64,000 nucleotides of DNA from Anaeromyxobacteraceae bacterium (GCA_032654565.1 JAULAX010000009.1:256001-320000); one strand, 5' to 3'. Positions 35,255 to 49,536 are shown, counted from the first letter of the stretch. Notes: generated by a model not told the origin, from the letters alone. A program made the numbers and translations.

Positions 35255-35763
35255 GTCGTTCTCCGTGGTCGAGCCGCGTGCGGCGGCGCGGGGGTGACAC
35301 CGTTCTCGCAGCCCGGGGGGAGGCCGTCAACTTGGTGGAGGCGACGGGGAGCAAGAGGGTGCTTGGGGGCGGGAGAAGCCGCTCGACCAGACGGTGCCGT
35401 TGGGCAGAGGAGAAGCGCGGCGAGGGGCCGCGGGGTGGCGGGCGGCGCAGCGAGGGGAGCGGACCGCACCGAGGGCGTCACCCGCATTCCCGGATGGGAG
35501 GCGAGGCGGACGCGCCTGCGACCGTGACAACCGAACTCCGCGTCCCTGTTGGGTTATCTGCGCTTCTTGCTTGACGAGAATTCGCGCCGATTCGCGCACG
35601 GCGGTTGAAGTCATCAGGGAAGGGCCGGCTGGCGGCCCCTGGCTGCCGCTCCCGCGCGCCGCGCGGCGCCGACTGGGGTCGCGAGGTGCCGGTCACGAAC
35701 GCCGCCCCAGGCTCGAGAGTGTGCGTTTGGCAAGGCCCGAATTCTCCGTGAGACGATCGCCGC

Positions 35764-36987
35764 ATGAACTCACACGCGCACTCGCCCCCTTCCTCGGCCG
35801 CGGCCACCGCTTCGGCCTCCCCTTCTCTCGAACTCTCTGAAGCCCGGAAGCTCCGCGACGCCATCACCGCACTCCTCCGCCGGGAGCAGGCCGCCATGGC
35901 CGACTTCCTCATCGCCCTGTCCGACTTCGACCGGCGCCGGGGCTGGGAGGTGCTCGGACACGCCAGCCTCTTCGCCTTCATCAACTCGGAGCTGGGACTG
36001 ACGCCGGCTCCGACCTACTGGCGCGTCGAGGCCTCCCGCCTCCTCCAGCGCTTCCCCGACCTGGTCGAGCCGCTGCGCCAGGGGCAACTCTGTCTGACCA
36101 CCTTGGGCGAGCTGGCCAAGGTCCTGACCGAGGAGAACAGGGAGGCGGTTCTGCCCCGCTTCCTCTGCATTTCCTCCCGAGAGGCGAAGGAGATCGTGGC
36201 CGAGTTGCAGCCCCGGCCATCCCCCCCCATGCGGACAATCATCCGGCCCTTGGCGACCGGCCGCACCGACGATGCGGCGCTCGACCTGGCCCCCGAGCCA
36301 GCCCTCGGCGCTCCCGTCGACACGGACTCTGGGTCGCTTTGGGCGCCCAAAGTAGAACCGGCCGCCCCAATCGCCGGGGCTTCGCGCCGGGATGCGGTCG
36401 ATCCGCTCACCGCCGAGTTGAGCCGGCTCAGCACCACCGTCAGTCGCCGCTTCCTCCGGAAGCTCAAGACCGCCCGCGAGGGGCTCAGCCACGCCATCCC
36501 CGGCGCGACCACCGAGCAGGTGCTCGAGGCGGCGCTCGACCTGTTTCTGGAGAAGCAGGCCAGGGCGCGCGGGCAGGTGAAGCGGCCACGGACGAATCCG
36601 GTTTCCTCCACCCCTGCTCCATCCGCGGCTCCGCAACGGCCCTCGACGGAGCTGCCCTTCGCCGAGCCACTCCACCGGCGCACGGGGCCCCGCGAATCCA
36701 TCCCCGCCGCCGTCCGCCGGACCGTCTGGGAGCGCGACGCCGGGCGCTGCACCTGGCCGCTCGACTCGGGGGGCTGCTGCGGCTCGACGCACCGGCTCGA
36801 GCTCGACCACGTCGAGCCGTGGGCCAGGGACGGCGAGGCGACGGAGGAGAACCTCCGCCTGCTCTGCGCTGCTCACAACAGGTTGGCCGCGCGGCAGACC
36901 TTCGGGGCGCGGTGCGTGGAGCGGTATGCCGACGGTCGATCGGCGCGGCGGAAGGAGGGGTCAGAGGACAAGAACCGGCAACTATGA
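35764..36987 (+). CDS. HNH endonuclease with N-terminal DUF222-like helical region
   Basis: IPAAVRRTVWERDAGRC...CGSTHRLELDHVEPWARDGEATEENLRLLCAAHN; N-terminal DFDRRRGWEVLGHASLFAF. Confidence 0.88.
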   Translation: MNSHAHSPPSSAAATASASPSLELSEARKLRDAITALLRREQAAMADFLIALSDFDRRRGWEVLGHASLFAFINSELGLTPAPTYWRVEASRLLQRFPDLVEPLRQGQLCLTTLGELAKVLTEENREAVLPRFLCISSREAKEIVAELQPRPSPPMRTIIRPLATGRTDDAALDLAPEPALGAPVDTDSGSLWAPKVEPAAPIAGASRRDAVDPLTAELSRLSTTVSRRFLRKLKTAREGLSHAIPGATTEQVLEAALDLFLEKQARARGQVKRPRTNPVSSTPAPSAAPQRPSTELPFAEPLHRRTGPRESIPAAVRRTVWERDAGRCTWPLDSGGCCGSTHRLELDHVEPWARDGEATEENLRLLCAAHNRLAARQTFGARCVERYADGRSARRKEGSEDKNRQL

Positions 36988-37132
36988 AGCGAGGACCGTG
37001 GCCGGTTCCATGCTGCTCGCCCGAGGTCGAGGAGTCTGCCAGCGGTGCCGAAGTGCCATTCTGGCCTGAACACGGACGCAGCTGTCCCCTCCCTCCTCGC
37101 CCTCCCCTCCCCCTTCCGCTACAACTCCGCCG

Positions 37133-39718
37133 GTGGAACCGCTCCCCATCGACCCGCTCCTGCCCGAGATCGTGGCCGCGCTCCGCGCCGGCGGCTCGCT
37201 GGTCATCGAGGCGCCGCCGGGCGCCGGCAAGACCACCCGGGTCCCCGCCGCCATCCACGCCGCCGGCCTGGTGAAGGGCGAGGTGGTGGTGCTGGAGCCC
37301 CGCCGCCTGGCGGCCCGGCTGGCGGCGCGCCGGGTGGCCGAGGAGCTGGGCGAGCGGCCCGGCGAGACGGTCGGCTACCAGGTCCGCTTCGAGGACGTCT
37401 CCTCGGCCCGCACCCGCATCCGCTTCGTCACCGAGGGGCTGCTGCTGCGCCGCCTGCTCTCCGAGCCCACCCTCCCCGGCGTCGGCGCCGTCCTGCTCGA
37501 CGAGTTCCACGAGCGCCACCTGCACGGCGACCTGGCCCTGGCCCTGCTGCGCCGGCTGCAGCGGACCCGCCGCCCGGAGCTCAAGCTGGTGGCCATGTCG
37601 GCGACGCTCGACGCCGCGCCGGTGGCCGCCTTCCTCGGCGCCCCCACGCTCCGCTCCGAGGGGCGCCGCTTCGAGGTGGCCATCGAGCACCTGACCCCCG
37701 AGGAGGCGGCCCGCACCACCGACCGGCTCGAGGACCGGGTCGCCCGCGCCGTGAAGCGGCTGCTGCGCGAGGAGCCGGACGGCCACCTGCTGGTCTTCCT
37801 GCCGGGCGGCGCCGAGATCCGCTGGTGCGCGAGCAAGCTGGGCGGCCTGGCCGAGTCGGGCGTCGACGTGCTGGCGCTCCACGGCGACCTGAAGCCGGAG
37901 GAGCAGGACCGCGCCGTCCGCCCCTCCACCCGCCGCAAGGTGATCCTCTCCACCAACGTGGCCGAGACCTCGGTGACCATCGACGGGGTGGTGGCGGTGA
38001 TCGACTCCGGGCTGGCCCGCATCGCCTCGCACTCGCCGTGGTCCGGCCTGCCGACCCTGGAGGTGCGCAAGGTCTCGCGCGCCAGCGCCGCGCAGCGGGC
38101 CGGGCGGGCCGGCCGCACCCGCGCCGGCCGGGCGGTGCGGCTCTACACCCGCCACGACCACGACGCCCGGCCCGCCTACGAGACGCCCGAGGTGGAGCGC
38201 GAGGATCTCTCCGAGCCCTTCCTGGCCCTGGCCGGGCTCGGTGTGCTGGCCGCGCCGGACGGCTTCGAGTGGTTCGAGCCGCCCCCCGCCCCGTCGGCGG
38301 AGGCGGCCCGCACCCTGCTCGGCCGGCTCGGCGCCATCGAGCCCTCCGGCGCCATCACCCCGCTGGGGCGCCGGCTGCTGGCCCTGCCCGCCCACCCCCG
38401 CCTGGCCCGGCTGGCGGTCGAGGCGGCCGACCGCGGCGCCGCCGAGGGCGGGGCGCTGCTGGCGGCCCTGCTCGGCGAGCGCGACCTGCGCGACCGGCGC
38501 AGCCTCGACGGCCTCTCGCTGCCGGCCACCGGCCCCTCCGACCTGCTCGAGCTGGTGAGCGTCTTCGACGAGGCGGCCCGGGCCCGCTTCGACCCCGACC
38601 GCTGCAAGCGCTTCGGCATCAACGCCGGGGCGGCGCAGGCGGTCGACCGGGCCCGGCGGCAGCTGCGCGGCGCGCTGCGGGCGCCCCCCGCGGCCAGGGT
38701 CCTCTCCGGCGAGGCGGCCGAGCAGCCGCTGCTCATGGCCACGCTGGCCGCCTACCCCGACCGCGTGGCCCGGCGTCGCGCCCCCGGCTCCGACGAGGTG
38801 GTCCTGACCGGCGGCGGCAGCGCCCGGCTCGAGCCGGCCTCGGTGGTCCGCGAGGCCGAGCTGCTGGTGGCCATCGACGCCGAGGAGCGGCGCGGCGACC
38901 GGCCTCGGCCCGGGGTGACGCGCGCCGAGGCCCGGGTCCGGCTGGCCTCGGCGGTGACGCAGGAGATGCTGCTCGACCTCTTCCCGGCCTCGCTCCGCTA
39001 CGACACCGCGGTGAGCTGGAACGGCCAGGCCGAGCGGGTCGAAGCCACCGAGCGGCTGCTCTACCAGGACCTGGTGCTGGAGGAGTCGCGCGCCACCCAC
39101 CCCGACGCCGCGCTGGTGGCGGCCCGGCTGGCCGAGGAGGCGCGGTCGCGCGGCGCCCGGGCCTTCGCCGCCGATGGGGCGCTCGACCAGCTCATGGTCC
39201 GGCTGGCGCTGGTGGCCCGCTTCGCCCCCGACCTCGGCGCCACCCCGCCAGGCGAGGAGGCGCTGCAGGAGGCCCTCACCCGGAGCTGCGAGGGGCGGCG
39301 CAGCTTCGCCGAGCTGCGCGAGGCCGACCTGCCCGGGGCCCTGCTCGACCTGCAGCCCGGGCCGGTCCGGGCGGCGCTGGCCCGGCTGGCCCCCGAGCGG
39401 GTGGTCCTGCCGGGCGGCCGCGGGGTCGCCGTCCACTACGAGCCCGACAAGCCGCCCTGGATCGAGAGCCGGCTCCAGGACTTCTTCTCCATGGTGAAGG
39501 GGCCGGCGGTGGCCAACGGCGCCCTGCCGCTCACTCTCCACCTGCTGGCCCCCAACCTGCGGGCGGTGCAGGTGACCGGCGACCTCGCCGGCTTCTGGGA
39601 CCGCCACTACCCGGCCCTGCGCCGCGAGCTGTCGCGCCGCTACCCCCGCCACGCCTGGCCGGAGGATCCGCGGACCGCCCCGCCCCCTGCGCCGCTGCCG
39701 CCGCGCCACCGGCGCTGA
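37133..39718 (+). CDS. hrpB: ATP-dependent DEAH-box helicase HrpB
   Basis: APPGAGKTT, EPRRLAAR, DEFHER, MSAT, TNVAETSVTI, QRAGRAGR, C-terminal RYPRHAWPEDP. Confidence 0.95.
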   Translation: MEPLPIDPLLPEIVAALRAGGSLVIEAPPGAGKTTRVPAAIHAAGLVKGEVVVLEPRRLAARLAARRVAEELGERPGETVGYQVRFEDVSSARTRIRFVTEGLLLRRLLSEPTLPGVGAVLLDEFHERHLHGDLALALLRRLQRTRRPELKLVAMSATLDAAPVAAFLGAPTLRSEGRRFEVAIEHLTPEEAARTTDRLEDRVARAVKRLLREEPDGHLLVFLPGGAEIRWCASKLGGLAESGVDVLALHGDLKPEEQDRAVRPSTRRKVILSTNVAETSVTIDGVVAVIDSGLARIASHSPWSGLPTLEVRKVSRASAAQRAGRAGRTRAGRAVRLYTRHDHDARPAYETPEVEREDLSEPFLALAGLGVLAAPDGFEWFEPPPAPSAEAARTLLGRLGAIEPSGAITPLGRRLLALPAHPRLARLAVEAADRGAAEGGALLAALLGERDLRDRRSLDGLSLPATGPSDLLELVSVFDEAARARFDPDRCKRFGINAGAAQAVDRARRQLRGALRAPPAARVLSGEAAEQPLLMATLAAYPDRVARRRAPGSDEVVLTGGGSARLEPASVVREAELLVAIDAEERRGDRPRPGVTRAEARVRLASAVTQEMLLDLFPASLRYDTAVSWNGQAERVEATERLLYQDLVLEESRATHPDAALVAARLAEEARSRGARAFAADGALDQLMVRLALVARFAPDLGATPPGEEALQEALTRSCEGRRSFAELREADLPGALLDLQPGPVRAALARLAPERVVLPGGRGVAVHYEPDKPPWIESRLQDFFSMVKGPAVANGALPLTLHLLAPNLRAVQVTGDLAGFWDRHYPALRRELSRRYPRHAWPEDPRTAPPPAPLPPRHRR

Positions 39719-39765
39719 GCGAGCCGCGCCGGGGCCGGGGCCGGGCGTTTTTCCGGTTCCGTTCG

Positions 39766-39794
39766 TTGACTCCATTTCCAACGCCGCGTACACA
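39766..39794 (+). promoter_or_regulatory. Putative sigma70-type promoter
   Basis: TTGACT-N17-TACACA upstream of the MgtE-N gene. Confidence 0.5.
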
Positions 39795-39856
39795 GGCCAA
39801 GGCTCGTTCGAGGCGAGCCGGGTGCGCCTGGCGGCGGCCGCGGACGGAGATTCGGC

Positions 39857-41140
39857 ATGGCCGAGACGGCAGCCCAGGGTGAGAACGCCGCCGACCCGCG
39901 CTTCCGCTTCCTCTCCTCGCTGCTGGGACGTCCGGTGCTCGCCCCCGACGGCTCCCGGCACGGCAGGCTCACCGACCTGGTGGTGGCGCTGGGCGAGCAC
40001 TACCCGCTGGTGGAGAGCCTCATCCTCAAGGGCCAGGCCGGCCGGCAGCAGTTCGCCTGGACCGCGGTGGAGCGGTTCGACGACACCGGGCTCACCCTCC
40101 GGGCCGACGCCGTCGGCTCGACGCCCCCGGAGCGGCCGCCCCCCGACCGCATCCCCCTGGCCGAGGAGATCCTCGACCGGCAGATCGTCGACGTCCACGA
40201 CGCCAAGCTGGTCCGGGTCAACGACCTGCACTTCCTCGAGCTCAAGGGGCAGCTGCGGGTCGCCCACGTCGACGTGGGGCTGCGCGGCCTGGTCCGGCGC
40301 ATGGGCTGGGAGCCGCTGGTCGACCGGACCCTGAGGCTGGTCCGGCCCGGCGCGCCGTACCTCAAGGCCGACCAGCTGGTCTCCTGGAAGCTGGTGCAGC
40401 CGCTCGACCAGTCGGCCGGCAAGGTCCGGCTGGAGGTGGCGCAGCGGCTGCTGGCCACGCTCCACCCCGCCGACCTCGCCGAGATCCTCGAGGACCTCGA
40501 CCACAACCAGCGGACCGTGCTGCTGGAGCGGCTCGACGTCGAGACCGCCGCCGACGCCCTCGAGGAGGCCAGCCCGGAGATGGCGGCCCAGCTGCTCGAG
40601 GAGGTGGCGCCGGAGAAGGCCGCCGACATCCTCGAGGAGATGGCCCCCGACGAGGCCGCCGACGTCCTCTCCGACCTGCCCGGCGAGACCCGCGACGAGG
40701 TGCTGGCGGCCATGGAGCGGCCCGAGGCGCGCGAGGTGGAGGCGCTGCTGGGCTACGCCCAGGACTCGGCCGGCGGCCTGATGACCCCGGACCGGCTGCA
40801 GCTGGCCCCGGAGCGGACCGTGGCCGACGCCGTCGCCGAGCTGCGGCGGCGCGACGAGGAGCTGCCGCTGGTCTACGAGATCTTCATCGCCGACGTCGAG
40901 GGCAAGCTGCTCGGCATCTGCACCCTGCGCGATCTCGTGCTCAACGAGCCGGCCACCCGGCTCGGCAGCATCATGCGCGAGCCCCCGGCGACGCTGGGGG
41001 TCCACGACCGGCTCCGCGACGTGGCCGCAGCCGCCGCCAAGTACAACCTGGTCTCGGTGGCGGTGGTCGACGCCGCCGGCACCATGCAGGGGATGGTGAC
41101 CGTGGACGACATCCTCGGCGAGGTCATCGATGGCCGCTGA
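39857..41140 (+). CDS. Soluble MgtE-like protein (PRC-barrel + MgtE_N + CBS pair), no membrane domain
   Basis: LDRQIVDVHDAKLVRVND, LHPADLAEILE, MAPDEAADVL, SAGGLMT, GMVTVDDIL-end. Confidence 0.88.
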   Translation: MAETAAQGENAADPRFRFLSSLLGRPVLAPDGSRHGRLTDLVVALGEHYPLVESLILKGQAGRQQFAWTAVERFDDTGLTLRADAVGSTPPERPPPDRIPLAEEILDRQIVDVHDAKLVRVNDLHFLELKGQLRVAHVDVGLRGLVRRMGWEPLVDRTLRLVRPGAPYLKADQLVSWKLVQPLDQSAGKVRLEVAQRLLATLHPADLAEILEDLDHNQRTVLLERLDVETAADALEEASPEMAAQLLEEVAPEKAADILEEMAPDEAADVLSDLPGETRDEVLAAMERPEAREVEALLGYAQDSAGGLMTPDRLQLAPERTVADAVAELRRRDEELPLVYEIFIADVEGKLLGICTLRDLVLNEPATRLGSIMREPPATLGVHDRLRDVAAAAAKYNLVSVAVVDAAGTMQGMVTVDDILGEVIDGR

Positions 41141-42398
41141 GGCCGCCGCCGAGCAGCGCCGCCTGCCCTTCAACCGGCGGGTCATGCTGTTCCTGGCGGT
41201 GCTGGGGCCCGGCCTGATCACCGCCAGCGTCGACAACGACGCCGGCGGCATCACCACCTACTCGGTGGCCGGCGCCACCTACGGCTACGACCTGCTCTGG
41301 TCGCTCATCCCCATCACCGTGGCCCTGGTGGTGGTGCAGGAGATGAGCGCCCGCATGGGCGTGGTCACCGGCAAGGGGCTCTCCGACCTGATCCGCGAGA
41401 ACTTCGGCGTCCGGATCACCTTCTGGATGTCGATCGCCCTGATCGTCGCCAACCTCGGCAACGTCATCGCCGAGTTCGCCGGGGTGGCGGCCAGCCTGCA
41501 GATCTTCGGCGTCCCGGTCTGGCTCTCGGTCCCGGCCGCGGCGGTGGCGGTCTGGCTGCTGGTGCTGAAGGGGACCTACCGCTCGGTGGAGAAGTTCTTC
41601 CTGGTGGCCTCGCTCTTCTACATCGCCTACCCCATCACCCTGTTCTTCGCCAAGCCGGACTGGGGCGAGCTCGGCACCGCCCTGGTGATGCCGCGCCTCC
41701 ACTCCGATGGCGCCTACATCGCCATGCTCATCGGCATGGTGGGCACCACCATCGCCCCCTGGATGCAGTTCTACCTGCAGGCGGCGGTGGTCGAGAAAGG
41801 CATCAAGCCGGAGCAGTACGGCATGTCTCGGCTCGACGTCATCGCCGGCTGCATCGTCACCGACGTGGTGGCCTTCGCCATCGTGGTGGCCTGCGCCGCC
41901 ACCCTCCACGTGGCCGGGGTGCAGGTGGAGACCGCCGGCCAGGCGGCCATGGCGCTGCAGCCGCTGGCGGGCAAGTACGCCTCCTGGCTCTTCGCCTTCG
42001 GCCTCTTCAACGCCAGCTTCTTCGCCGCCGCCATCCTGCCGCTCTCCACCGCCTACTACGTCTGCGAGGCCTTCGGCTGGGAGTCGGGCGTGGACCGCAA
42101 GTACGGCGAGGCCCGGCAGTTCTACTGGCTCTACACCTCGCTGCTGGTGATCGGCGCCGCGGTGGTGCTCTGGCCGAAGCTGCCGCTGGTGCCCATCATG
42201 CTGGTGTCGCAGGTGCTCAACGGCATGCTGCTGCCCTTCATCCTCATCTTCATGCTCCTCCTCATCAACAAGGAGAAGCTGATGGGGGAGTGGCGCAACG
42301 GCCGCTGGTTCAACGCCGTGGCCTGGACCACCACGGCGGTGATGATCCTGCTGACCGCCTACCTGGTGGCCATCAGCGTCCGCGACCTGCTGGTGTAG
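41130..42398 (+). CDS. NRAMP-related divalent metal (probably Mg2+) transporter
   Basis: GPGLITASVDNDAGG, QEMSARMGVVTGKG, GTTIAPWMQF; many TM helices. Confidence 0.88.
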   Translation: MAAEAAAEQRRLPFNRRVMLFLAVLGPGLITASVDNDAGGITTYSVAGATYGYDLLWSLIPITVALVVVQEMSARMGVVTGKGLSDLIRENFGVRITFWMSIALIVANLGNVIAEFAGVAASLQIFGVPVWLSVPAAAVAVWLLVLKGTYRSVEKFFLVASLFYIAYPITLFFAKPDWGELGTALVMPRLHSDGAYIAMLIGMVGTTIAPWMQFYLQAAVVEKGIKPEQYGMSRLDVIAGCIVTDVVAFAIVVACAATLHVAGVQVETAGQAAMALQPLAGKYASWLFAFGLFNASFFAAAILPLSTAYYVCEAFGWESGVDRKYGEARQFYWLYTSLLVIGAAVVLWPKLPLVPIMLVSQVLNGMLLPFILIFMLLLINKEKLMGEWRNGRWFNAVAWTTTAVMILLTAYLVAISVRDLLV

Positions 42399-42424
42399 CC
42401 CCGGCCGCCGGCGCGCCGCCCCGC

Positions 42425-46506
<4,082 letters not shown>

Positions 46507-46508
46507 CC

Positions 46509-47630
46509 GTGGGGAACGATAGTGGCAGTCGGCCCGCGTGGCTCTCACCCGGAGCGCGGGCCCCTTTGCGGTACGTCGACGTCGACGATCGGACCACCGC
46601 CGCCGCCGCGCTGGCCCAGGTCCGGGGCGGCGCGGCGCTGATCTATCGTGGGGACTACCGGAATGCCCGGCAATTGCTGGCCGCCATGGGTCGCCGGCTG
46701 GGGGAGCGGAAGGCCACCCCCGGCGGGGCCGGGAGCCTGCGGGACCGGTTCCTGGAGGAGCGCCGCCGCCACCGGCTGGAGCACGAGACCCTCTCCCGGC
46801 TGGCGGTCCCGGTGGAGGCGGGCGATATCGGCCCCCGGGTCCCCTTGAGGAACGCCCCCGACGTCTCGGCCGCCCTCGCCGAGGCGCTGGGGGCCGACCT
46901 CCCCCTGCCCGGCGCCCTGCCGCTGCGCGACCTGCTGGGCATGGTGGGGGCGCACGAGTGGCGCAGCAAGGGGGTGGAGGTGCCGTCGCTCGGCGCCCAC
47001 CTGCGGACCCGCTGGGGGGTCTTCGCGCCGGTGCGGGGCGAGCACGTGGAGCTCACCGCCGAGGCGGTGAAGCGCTGGCCGGTGGCGGGGAAGCGGGCGC
47101 TCGACGTCGGGACCGGGACCGGGGTGCTGGCGCTGGTGCTGGCCAAGGCCGGGGCGACGGTCACCGCCACCGACCTCTCGCCCGCCGCGGTCGACTGTGC
47201 CCGGGAGAACGCCGGGCGGCTCGGCCTGGCGGAGCGGATCGAGGTGGTGGAGGCCGACCTCTTCGGCGAGGGGCGGTACGACGTGGTGGTCTGCAACCCG
47301 CCCTGGCTGCCGCACGAGGCGGTGACGCCGCTCGACCGGGCGGTCTACGACCCGGGCGGCCGCTTCCTGGCCCGGTTCCTCGAGGGGCTGGCGGCCCACC
47401 TGGCGCCGGGCGGCGAAGGGTGGCTCATCCTCTCGGATCTGGCCGAGCGGCTCGGCCTGCGGGCCGAGGGGGAGCTGGAGCGCCAGCTCGAGGCGGCCGG
47501 CCTCACGGTGGCCGGCGGCCTGGAGGCGGCGCCGCGCCACCCGCGCAGCCGCGACGCCTCCGACCCGCTCCACGAGGCCCGGTCGAAGGAGGTGACGGCG
47601 CTGCGCCGGCTGGTGGTGCGGGGGGGGTGA
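46509..47630 (+). CDS. Class I SAM-dependent methyltransferase (NPP-motif, HemK/MTS-like)
   Basis: [25 protein letters not shown]; start is GTG 46509 or ATG 46500. Confidence 0.88.
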   Translation: MGNDSGSRPAWLSPGARAPLRYVDVDDRTTAAAALAQVRGGAALIYRGDYRNARQLLAAMGRRLGERKATPGGAGSLRDRFLEERRRHRLEHETLSRLAVPVEAGDIGPRVPLRNAPDVSAALAEALGADLPLPGALPLRDLLGMVGAHEWRSKGVEVPSLGAHLRTRWGVFAPVRGEHVELTAEAVKRWPVAGKRALDVGTGTGVLALVLAKAGATVTATDLSPAAVDCARENAGRLGLAERIEVVEADLFGEGRYDVVVCNPPWLPHEAVTPLDRAVYDPGGRFLARFLEGLAAHLAPGGEGWLILSDLAERLGLRAEGELERQLEAAGLTVAGGLEAAPRHPRSRDASDPLHEARSKEVTALRRLVVRGG

Positions 47631-47702
47631 AGCTTCACTTTGGGTTGCCGCCGTTGCGCCTGCCCGCCATACCAGCAGGCAGCACTCCCCCCGGAGGCCC
47701 AC

Positions 47703-48269
47703 ATGGCGTTCCTCGCACAGCTCTGGCTGCCCATCGTCGTCTCGGCCGTGCTGGTCTTCGTGCTCTCGGCGGTGACCCACATGATGGTCCCCTTCCGCCA
47801 GACCGAGTGGGGCCAGCTCCCCACCCAGGACGCCATCCAGGCGTCGCTGCGCGGCGCCACCCCGGGCCTCTACGTCTTCCCGACGCCGGCCGACCCGAAG
47901 GAGCGGGGCAAGCCGGAGGCGATGCAGCGGATGGCGGAGGGGCCGTCGGGCTGGCTGACGCTGGTCCATCCGGGCCCGATGAGCTGGGGGCGCAACCTCG
48001 GCCTCTCCCTGGCGATGAACCTCTTCGTCTCCTTCGCGGCCGCCTACGTCGCCACCCTCACCCTCGGCGCCGTCCCCCTGCAGCTCATCCCGCACCAGCG
48101 GGTGGTCTTCCGGGTGATCACCACCATCGGCTTCCTCGCCTACGCGGTCGGGCCGGTCTACGAGGCCGTCTGGTTCTGGAAGCCCTGGCGGTCGCTGGCC
48201 ATGACCGCGGTCGACTCGCTCCTCTACGGGCTGGTGATGGGCGCCACCTTCAGCTGGCTCTGGCCCTGA
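47703..48269 (+). CDS. Membrane protein, about 4 TM segments, unknown function
   Basis: GGAGG SD, ATG at 47703; hydrophobic segments. Confidence 0.78.
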   Translation: MAFLAQLWLPIVVSAVLVFVLSAVTHMMVPFRQTEWGQLPTQDAIQASLRGATPGLYVFPTPADPKERGKPEAMQRMAEGPSGWLTLVHPGPMSWGRNLGLSLAMNLFVSFAAAYVATLTLGAVPLQLIPHQRVVFRVITTIGFLAYAVGPVYEAVWFWKPWRSLAMTAVDSLLYGLVMGATFSWLWP

Positions 48270-49536
48270 ACCCCGGATAGGCGAAGGCTCCGGCGATGCG
48301 CTGGCAGTCGCCTTCGGTCACGCCGCAGCCACGCGCCACCTCGTACCAGGTCGAGCGAACGCTCGCCTCCATGTCATCGACGATGCGAGCGGCCTCCTCG
48401 GAGGAGAGGAGGAAGCGCGCCGCCTGGGTCAGGAGGTTGCCGGCGTTGGCGAAGCGGCCCAGGTCACCGCAGGCCATGGCGAGGTCGCGGCGCTCCAGGC
48501 CGACAGGAGAGGATGGGGTCAGGTCATAGGCGGGCGACAGGCGCCACTCGCGACCCGGCGCGATCACCGAGTGGTTGCGGGGATGGTCGTCGGTGTTCGA
48601 GATCAGGGCATTGAAGCAGGCCCGTCGGAAGAGCTCGGCGGCGTCGTCCCGCGGATGGGCGCTGATGCGGCGCAGCTCCTCGGCCAGGAGGATGTAGGAC
48701 CAGCGGGCCCTGGAGACCGCGCTCTCGTCGGCGCGCAGCATGGAGAGGGCGCTGATCATCCGGGCCCTGACGTATCCTCCCGGGGCCCGCTCCCGGTCGA
48801 ACCGCTTGACCAGCAGCACCTCGCGATCGCCGACGACGACGACCCGGCTCTCCGCCGTGGTCAGGCCACAGGCCCGACCCAGCGTCAGCATGGCGTGCTC
48901 GACGCGCGCCGAGTTCCAGCGATCGTCGGGCCGGTTGAACTTGGCGAGCCAGAGGCCGTCTTCGTCCTCGATGACGGTCTTGGGGCGTGCCCCGCCCATG
49001 GAGGTGCCGACCAGGAGCAGGTCCTCCACCTGCGCCCGCCGCCCCGCCTCGGTGGCTGGCTGGGGGGGCTGGTCTCCGAGGAGGGCATCGGCGAGCGACT
49101 GGAGCTTCTCCAGGTCGATGGCCTGGTTGAACCGGCGCAGCGGCGCCGGTGGGGCCTGGCCGAGGCCGAACCCCAAGGCGCCGGCGCGGTCGTCGGGCGA
49201 GTGGAGCAGGTAGTCGAGCTCACCGAGCTCGCCGATTCCAGCGTGCTTCTCGATGACCCGACGACCCCACTGGTCGGGACCGGCGTCCCGCAGCGCGCCG
49301 AACATTCCCTTCATCATGACCGTCTCGTAGGGGCGCGAGCCGAGCTTCAGCTCCACCGGGTCCACCTCCACGGCGTTCGGGTTGGCGAGGTAGCTTCGCC
49401 CGTAGACGAACCGTCCGGACACCACGCCTTGCCGGCTGGTGGCGACCTCGAAGCGGCCCGCCGTGACGGCCTGGGTCTCGCCGGGGGGCGTCAGGTAGAC
49501 GTAGCACTCGCTGGCGTGGCGCGGCCTAGAAGTCAT
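48250..49536 (-). CDS. hipA: HipA-family Ser/Thr kinase toxin
   Basis: DAGPDQWGR, GTSMGGARPK, LVKRFDR, NTDDHPRNH, SPAYDL; ATG at 49536 overlaps antitoxin end. Confidence 0.9.
   Translation of the reverse strand: MTSRPRHASECYVYLTPPGETQAVTAGRFEVATSRQGVVSGRFVYGRSYLANPNAVEVDPVELKLGSRPYETVMMKGMFGALRDAGPDQWGRRVIEKHAGIGELGELDYLLHSPDDRAGALGFGLGQAPPAPLRRFNQAIDLEKLQSLADALLGDQPPQPATEAGRRAQVEDLLLVGTSMGGARPKTVIEDEDGLWLAKFNRPDDRWNSARVEHAMLTLGRACGLTTAESRVVVVGDREVLLVKRFDRERAPGGYVRARMISALSMLRADESAVSRARWSYILLAEELRRISAHPRDDAAELFRRACFNALISNTDDHPRNHSVIAPGREWRLSPAYDLTPSSPVGLERRDLAMACGDLGRFANAGNLLTQAARFLLSSEEAARIVDDMEASVRSTWYEVARGCGVTEGDCQRIAGAFAYPGFRARAS

Noticed and set aside
35764..36987. IscB/Cas9-like RNA-guided nuclease
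   Set aside because: No RuvC motifs, PLMP N-terminus or CRISPR repeats recognised; only a C-terminal HNH
39719..39856. M-box or yybP-ykoY riboswitch upstream of the metal transporter pair
   Set aside because: Predicted leader is only about 55 nt with one small hairpin (GGCTCG/CGAGCC); too short and lacks recognisable motifs
36485..41257. 1590-aa minus-strand ORF and many other long overlapping ORFs (e.g. 22708..26229, 50398..53400, 43750..46641, 32160..34445)
   Set aside because: Antisense or off-frame shadows of well-supported genes; stop-codon scarcity in high-GC DNA; low-complexity Arg/Gly/Pro/Ala translations with no motifs
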